A stretch of DNA of 64,000 bases. It comes from Eledone cirrhosa. Taxonomy: Eukaryota. The notes under the pieces are model-generated. The model did no database searches. It had not been told where the DNA came from and worked only from the letters and a program-made list of their open reading frames with translations. Of the stretch, positions 55,013 through 64,000 are shown in pieces. The first letter of the stretch is position 1, and every line of letters begins with the position of its first letter. The DNA lies in assembly GCA_964016885.1 (NCBI GenBank), contig OZ024753.1:44392001-44456000 (forward strand), written 5' to 3'. Both the position numbers and the translations under genes were made by a program.

Positions 55013-58000
55013 CACATATATATATACTCACACACACACACATATATATATATACACACACACAAACACATACATATATATATATACAAACATCCATATA
55101 TACATGTATATATATATATGTGTGTGTGTGTATGTATATATATATATATATATGCATGTATATATGTATATATATATATACATCTCTCTATATATATACA
55201 GAAACATCCATTATATATATATGGGTCTGTTTGTGATTTAAAATTGAAATAGTGTTTTATATGTTTAGTAAAGCGATCTCAGTTGGATTTTCAGCCTGAA
55301 GCCATATTGCTCTTATGAATTCTCTGCTGATAAACATGACTAAAGTAACTAGTGTTTGAGAGCTTTTATCTTCAATATTGTCTGCAGGCAGATGACGTTC
55401 CTCTGCTATGTTACAATCTGTTTCTTTACGACACATCATGTTACCAAAAAAGAAAAAATAACACTAACAAAAAAAGAACAAAATATTAAAAAGAAAGAAA
55501 AAAACAATGATGTCAGTTAAAAAAAAAAAAAAAAAAAATTAGGATACATCTTGTAGATCTGAACTTTCATAATGTTTTGCTAACTATAGGCTAAAACAAC
55601 ATGGAGAAGTTTTGAACCAATTTCCATTCCATTGTAAAGAAATATGGCAACGAGGCAGAAAACTTTATTGAAATATTAGAGAGAAAACTGTAGACTAACT
55701 TAATACATAAGTAGTGAGCAAATATTATATATAACATATGAAAACCTCTCTAGTGCTGGTGGCACGAATAAAATCACCCAGTCCATGCTGTAAAGTGGTG
55801 CTGGTGTTAGGAAGGGCATCCAACCAGTATATATACTACTGCCAAAAACTATGAGCATCATCATCATGATTTAATGTAGGTTTTCTATGCTAGCAAAGGT
55901 TCGGTGTATTTTTATAGTACAGAAGTGGTGCTAGTGACTCCTTCTAAAGATGCCAGGAGGCTGGGTCTCACTTTTATATGGTCCTATGCTTTTGCTGAGT
56001 GTATTTTATCATGGCATGATCACTAGGGAGGTTGTCAGGCTTTGACACACATGAAAGGCTTTATTTGGCAAGCTTTCTTTGACTGGATGCCCTTCATATC
56101 GCTAGACACTTTACTCTATGTACTGGGGTAATTTATCATGTACATCACCAACACTGGGGAGGTTGCCATATCCTTGACACAACTGATTGTCCTTTGAACC
56201 CTTTACTTTGTCAAGCTTTATATGGTCAGATGCCCTTTCTATCTCTAAACACTTTACAGCATGTACTGTATCTCTTTGCTAGCACTGTATCTCTTTGCTA
56301 GCACTCTATCTCTTTTAACCTGTCATTGAACTGGAATCTTATATATACATAGCATGGAACCAAATAGTTATAGCCCACAGATTTCAAGCTTTCCAGTAGA
56401 ACCAAAAACAGTTGTTTCCTCTCTTAAAATAGGAAGCATATATTTCAAACGAGAGATACTTTTATTTTCCATGTGATAATCTGTCTTGAAAATGTTCTGC
56501 TTTCCTTTGCTGAACTACATTTAATTTATTAATGGCATTCAAAGGACTTTATAGCACAGTAGTATCAACTTGAGCATATGCTGCTTTTATTGTACTTCGC
56601 ATGGTCTTCTACTAAAGATTCTGCTCCCATGTACGAGATTTAACAAATTTATTGCTTAATGTCTCCAAAGTCTTGTCTTAAAATTAGGTGTTAATAACAA
56701 CAACAAATGTGTAATGGAGTGAAATACTTCCCCATGCCAAATGCTAATTTACGCAAATATTTATTTGAGTTGATAGTGTGGGCTTCTTAGATAGATATAT
56801 TAAAGAATCTAAAGCTAAAGTAGACTTTTCACCAGATGAAATATTGTTATGGAGCTGAGAGAGAGCCTTGTTAAGAATGAAATGGTTTCTGGTGTTTAAA
56901 TAAAATAAAGGAAAGGAAACCTTATGTATTTCTGTCACAGTGGAAACAAAAATGGATGACTACTTTCCAGGAGACTAACATCTTAGAAAGGTATGAGATA
57001 TCACCCATAAATTAACTACAGTTCAGTTGGGGACTTGATTTATAGAACTATAAAAATCACACTAAAGAAAAAGAAATAGAAATATATAAATATATACATT
57101 TTTCAGAAAAAGATTTAGAAGCAAAGGGATAAATAGATGTGACTACTAACTTTTGATTAGTTCACTAAAATCACATTTCCATTTAACATCATTGCATTAG
57201 AGGAGATCATTCTAGTTGACACTAAAAATGTTGTATTTTACTAGCATTACTGATAAGACAATTCAATACACTATTTAGGAGCTCACTAAAGTGTTGAATT
57301 CTGCTTAAATGGAAATAAGTTTTGTTGCTGTTTTACAATAACCATTATACTTAGACGGATAAATTGTGATTCATTGCACACCAAGAAAAAGAAGAAGAAA
57401 AAAAAAAAAGGTTTCTCACTTAACAAAAGTAAAAGTTTTAAAAAAAAAAAGAAGGAAGAAAAAATGCTAATCATAATGTTTATTTTAAATCTGCGATCTG
57501 AAAATTCTGGAAAAACTGGCTACCTTCTCATTTCAGACTTTCCTAACACATTTCTAAAGTTCTCTCTCTCTCTCTCTCACCAATTCTCACGATTTTGTCC
57601 AAGGTTCGTAGCAATTCTTCAGTCCATGTTTTAAAGTAAAAGACATATATATGAGATTGCTAGCAGAGAAATCATCATTATCATCACAGTTTAATGTTCT
57701 CTTCCCATGCTAGCATGGGTTAGACATGTTGTCCTATTTGAGGCAAGTCAAGGTCAGATAACCATCTGATACTATCTACTGGTCACAACTCCTGACAGAA
57801 ACAATTACTCAATAAAACTGACTTTGGACCATGATAGCCTATCCAATCCACACCACCATCGAAAGTGGACATTATGAAGATGATGATGATGATGGTGATG
57901 ATGATTATAAGATAATTGTGAGAGTTGATTGATGTCTGGAGAAAATAAAGAATTGATAAGAACATGAAAATATCAAAAGAATATCTTATTTCTAAAGGTG

Positions 58001-58129
58001 CCATAGGTTTTGTAAAACACTCATAAATATTGTGTTCTACATAAATCTCATACTTAAAAGTTTTGCTATGTTGTATTTAAATAAAACAGAAATATTTGAC
58101 TGTGTTGTAGTAGAAAACATTTTTGTATA

Positions 58130-58450
58130 CAGGGCCAGATTTAGACCTTGTGGGGGCCCGGGGCAGTTCAGGTTGGGGTAGGGGGCTAGTGAATTGGAGC
58201 CCTCATATATAAAAAGTTTACAATACACAGCCAGTCCCCCTATTTTACATATCAAAGTCAGTTTGGCGCAAGTAATTGGAATTAAAAATTATACATACAG
58301 GTATTAAATAAAATAAATCTAACCATCCTAAAACTAAAAAGGGCTGAGGGCACAAATAAATTGCTACACCCATGACTAGTTGCCCCCACCCACACTCACA
58401 CACACTGCAGGAGGCCCAGGGCAATTGTCCTCCCATTAAATCTGACCCTG
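58130..58450. mobile_element. MITE with CAGGGCCAGATTTA / TAAATCTGACCCTG termini (hAT-like TIR)
   Basis: 14-bp TIR with one mismatch, subterminal GGGCCC motifs; flanked by TA, no clear 8-bp TSD. Confidence 0.6.
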
Positions 58451-59375
58451 TATATATAACAAATTCATGTGATATATAAATGCAAATGATTTCCTTCCTC
58501 TTAGACATCAATTTGACCACTAATTAACTCAAGTTTTCAACATGTTAAACAGTTGAGATCAGTATGTGGACAGTTTATTACTATGTACAATACATGCACC
58601 TTTGATGTGTTGTAGAGCACCTGAACACTGTACACAATAATTTTCATTATTATACAGAATCTTTCAAAAGAGTCTTGAAGTCTTAACTCGACAATGGGAC
58701 AACAAAATACTTGTTTAAAAGATGAGCTTAATCTACAAGTGTTACTTTAAAAAAAAAAAAAACCTTTGCTTTTGGTCAGCCTATGAACTTTTCAGCTGAC
58801 ACTCATATGTTAATTTCATAAGTAGGCTGTACCATTGAGCAAACAACTGGAACACTCCTCTTGGAAATCAATACAGATCCATTCCATTGCTCTGTGGATT
58901 TAAAAAAAGATTCTTTCAGGCTTTGATCTTCATTAAACATTTGTTCAGTTTCACTGATAGCAATAAATAGCTGATGACTGCAGAAGCTGTTTAGATGAAT
59001 AAGCTGCATTTTCATCACAAAGGATTAAAATACAAATGTAGGAATGGTGTAGGAAAGCCTGTAAATAGACATCTATATGTTCATGTAGGTGTGCATTCAA
59101 ATGGGCTTGTAGATATGCATGGAGTTGTAGATGTACATGTGAATTTAGTCATGCATGTAGATGCTGAATGTAGGTGTGCATGTAGATACACATGTGGTTG
59201 AACATGTACATGTGAATTTAGTCATGCATGTAGATGTGAATATAGGTGTGTATACACACCTACATGTGAATTTAGTCGTGCATATAGATGCGGAGGAAGA
59301 TGTGCATTCAGAGAGAGCAACATAAAATGTTAATCTTACTTAAATGCATCTTAAGCTCAGTGGGAATATTTAAAT

Positions 59376-59489
<114 letters not shown>

Positions 59490-59537
59490 GATATATACAT
59501 ACATATATATACATATATATATATACATATATATATG

Positions 59538-59571
<34 letters not shown>

Positions 59572-59648
59572 GATATATACATACATATATATACATATAT
59601 ATATACATATATATATGTATATATATAGATATATACATACATATATAC

Positions 59649-59685
<37 letters not shown>

Positions 59686-59859
59686 AATGTATATATATAG
59701 AGATATATATATACATACACACACATATATATATACATACATATATATTAGCATTGATACATATATATATATATAAGTATGCATGCATATAGAAAAAGAG
59801 AGAAATGTGAGTAAATAAGCATGCAGGTAAATAAGCATGCATATACGAACATATGTATG

Positions 59860-59932
<73 letters not shown>

Positions 59933-60292
59933 CTTTATATTTGTATATGTGATTGATTGCTTCAGAACAATACATTTGACACAGTTATAAAGCATTTTCT
60001 TTGGAACAATATGCCTTTGAAACAATGAAATCAACAATGACAAAGAGGAAATACTTGCGACATATACTTCACGATGTAAATGACAACCTTTCAAACTTCA
60101 TACAAACATTAGCATTTGAGAAATGGAATATGCCAAACTGAAATTCTCTTTAATAGAAACATTCAAATAGAAAATATAGAGATGAATTTTCCATGGCTGT
60201 CACAGTAACCACAGTAAACACACTAAACTTATTATTTGTGCTGGTTGTGAATGGGGGATGGAAATATATATTTAAACTCTGAATGTTATGTA

Positions 60293-60349
<57 letters not shown>

Positions 60350-60378
60350 AAATATATATGTACGTAAATATATATGTA

Positions 60379-60426
<48 letters not shown>

Positions 60427-60436
60427 TATATGTATG

Positions 60437-60474
<38 letters not shown>

Positions 60475-60497
60475 TGCATGTATATATTTATATGTAT

Positions 60498-60542
<45 letters not shown>

Positions 60543-60661
60543 TGTATGCATATATTTATATGTATAGATATATATATATATATATAAATATGTATGTATA
60601 TATTTATATGTATAGATATATATATATATATATACACACATATATATATATATATTTATAT

Positions 60662-60693
<32 letters not shown>

Positions 60694-60876
60694 ATATATA
60701 TATTTATATGTATATATATATATGTATATATATATTTATATGTATGTATATATATGTATGTGTGTGTATGTATATATATATACACACACATATATATATA
60801 TATATATATTAGCGTGGAAGATAGACGTTAAACGATGATGATGATGATGATTTATATATATATACACACACAGATA

Positions 60877-60930
<54 letters not shown>

Positions 60931-61285
60931 CATGCATGTTTATGTGTGTGCATGCTAGGATCAATTGCTTGACCCTTCATAATCAAATGTATTCTTCAAT
61001 GACAAACACCAGACTCCAAGGAGACTTGTGTGCACTACAACTGATGCTCCATACTCCAACAACACACTACTAACAAGCCTCTCAGACAAGACCAACTTGT
61101 ACTTTAACCCCACCAACCAAAACTGACTCAAATTCTATGAAATAAAACCTTAGGTTTTAAAGGTTTCTTATTCAAATTATAGTCCTGGAGAGGAATTAGC
61201 TCTGTCAGGCTTAGAAAGCCCAGGAAATACCATTTGTCAATACGGCATGCCTATGACTCCACCAGAATATATGGGACCACTCCAC

Positions 61286-61535
61286 TCCATACCATACCAC
61301 ACAACACTACACTATACCACACCATACCACACCACACTACACTATACCATACCATACCACACCATAACACACCACACTCCACCACAGCATACCACACTAC
61401 ACTACACCATACCACATTATGCCATACCACACCACACTATACCATACCATACCACACTACACCACACTATACCATACCACACCACACTACACTGTACCAC
61501 ACCACACCACATCATACAATACCACACCATACCAT
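61286..61535 (+). repeat. (CACCA/TACCA/CACTA)n pentamer repeat
   Basis: Directly visible. Confidence 0.9.
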
Positions 61536-61689
61536 TTAAATCATAACCTTTCAAAGTGTTTTATATTTTCGTTTAGTTGTGTTACAAATATTATCTTAAT
61601 AGAAAAATCAATTTTTTTAAATGACCACAAATTCTTCATTAACTAAATCCCAATAGTTAATATTTCACTACACACAGACACACACACAC

Positions 61690-61720
<31 letters not shown>

Positions 61721-61721
<1 letters not shown>

Positions 61722-62077
61722 CAAAGGAAATGTGGTAAGGAACCAGATGGACCACCAAAGTACTCAATACTTAGGGTAGCAGAGTGGGTAATAGGAACGA
61801 GTAGGACCCCCGACGGCTGAGCTCAAGCCGTTTCGACGGCTAATTCTGTCCAGAATTAGCCATCGAAACGGCTTGAGCTCAGCCGTCGGGGTCCTACATG
61901 TTCCTATATATATATTTATATTTATATGTAGGAAAAGAGTCAGGACCCCGAAGCTGAGCTCCGGCCGTTTTGACAGCTAGGGGTTCCTGACTCTTTTCCT
62001 ATTACCCACTCTACTACCCAAAGTATCGAGTACTCTGCTGCGTTATGGTCCACCTGGTTCCTTACCACACTTCCTTC

Positions 62078-62078
<1 letters not shown>
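61721..62078. mobile_element. Two adjacent copies of the 22849 family, each with a partial inversion
   Basis: 61721-61905 (-) and 61929-62078 (+), separated and flanked by (TA)n; short arms end at TTCCTA. Confidence 0.65.
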
Positions 62079-62123
<45 letters not shown>

Positions 62124-63261
62124 TATATGCATAATTTAATGATGCTGTCGGGTTAAAGAGAAATGTATCTTGAAATATTTCACAGGAAACAGAAAACGTA
62201 TCATTATATGTGTGCAACAAGGTTGTAATGTTTTTAAAATAATTGGCAGCACCCATATGTGCACATATACACTCACACATACACTCACACATACACATAC
62301 GCATTTACATATGCTCACATATATATATGTATATATATATATGTATGTATATATATATATATATGTATGTATATATATATATATGTATATATACATATGT
62401 ATATATACATAGACATACATACAAATGAACACACATTTACACATATACACACACATACAAATGAGATTTAAAAGCATAATTACTTGATTTTTTTTGTTCA
62501 CAAGATTTATATTAATATATTTATTTATTCCTTTGTATCATATATATATATATATATATATAAATATATATATATATATGTTTATATTTATTTATATATG
62601 CACATTTATGTATAAATATATATATATATACATCTATATATATAAATAAATATATATTTATGTCTGTGTGTGTGTATATATATATATACACACGCATGTA
62701 TATATATATAAATATATATATATATATACACATATACATACAATTTTTTTCTAAGACAACAAACAGGTCTCGTAATTCTGTTCTATGGAAGAGACAACAA
62801 AAACATAAAAATGAAGAAAAAGAAGGTAAAAAACAAAGAACAAAGAAAGAGAAAAGCATCTTAGTACTTAATTGTTTTTTTAATAATAGATGGCTATGAT
62901 GAATTGCTTTCTCTACTTCACATGATTTCTAATAAATTAAAAACCTTCAGTTATTCCCAAACAAGTTTTGATAGTCAAGGCATTTTATTTATTAGCATCA
63001 TATAAATAAAAATCTATAGTACATATAAATGACTGCATATATATATATATATATATATATACTCATATACTCATATATGTGTATATACATACATATACAT
63101 ATATATACATATATACACATATATATATCTGTATGTAAACATACATATATATATATATATGCATATATACATATATATACATATACATATATATACAAAT
63201 ACATATATATAATATATATATGTATATATACATATATGTACACACATATATATATATATAC

Positions 63262-63330
<69 letters not shown>

Positions 63331-63534
63331 GACATATATATATATGTATATATGTATATACACATATATATTTACATATCATCATTAGATATATATATAC
63401 AAATATATACATTACATATATATATATATATACAAATATATGCGTACATATATATATAATTATATATACATTAATATATACATACATCATACACAACAAA
63501 GAATATTCTACCTCAACATATCATCATCATCATT

Positions 63535-63567
<33 letters not shown>

Positions 63568-64000
63568 ATATATATATGTGTGTATATATATATATATGTA
63601 TATATATGTGTGTGTGTGTATATATATATGTGTGTATATATATATATATGTATATATATATATGTGCGTGTGTATATATATATATAGGATATAACAAATA
63701 GAAAATACTAGAATAGAGAGAAACAATAGAGAAACGACAACAATACAAGGAACACATATAACATATGACTTAACAGGTTTACCAATAGTAACAAGATGGT
63801 TGCTTGTTGTGTGTGTGTATTATGTTTCTGTGTGCTTTTGTTTCCTTTTTTTGTAAAATGTAACATTGTTTGAGAAATGTTAACAGATAAATGTAAATAT
63901 ATCTAGAAATATAAATATAAAACCATAAAAACAGACCCCCCCCCCCAAAAAAAAAATATTCAAAATCAATATAAAATACAAACAAAGAAGCAAGTAAACA

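Noticed and set aside
58965-58992. CTGATGA within an AAATAG/CTGTTT hairpin
   Set aside because: No GAAA, stem III or NUH; chance match.

Overview
Very AT-rich, repeat-dominated eukaryotic non-coding DNA (intron or intergenic). The dense (TA)n/(CA)n/(GA)n tracts and the SINE/LINE tail families look like a coleoid cephalopod (Octopus) genome; this is recognition of repeat style, not a database match. No host protein-coding gene can be supported: nearly all listed ORFs are microsatellite read-throughs. Recognisable content: more than 20 tRNA-derived SINE copies or fragments, RTE-type and R4/Dong-type LINE remnants, piggyBac-, Tc1/mariner- and hAT-like MITEs, and several minisatellites. The main hidden signal is a set of short, mutually unalignable elements sitting inside (TA)n tracts. 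Many carry type I hammerhead ribozyme folds (CUGANGA...GAAA...NUH with stems I-III; about 10 sites, at least 6 sequence families). They recurrently show a 5' inverted (fold-back) arm ending at or next to an internal TA, and share a GAGTRC motif about 38-60 nt upstream of the 3' (TA)n junction. This fits TA-targeting Penelope-like retroelement pseudo-LTRs or retrozyme-like non-autonomous elements. All coordinates were read by eye and may be off by a few bases.
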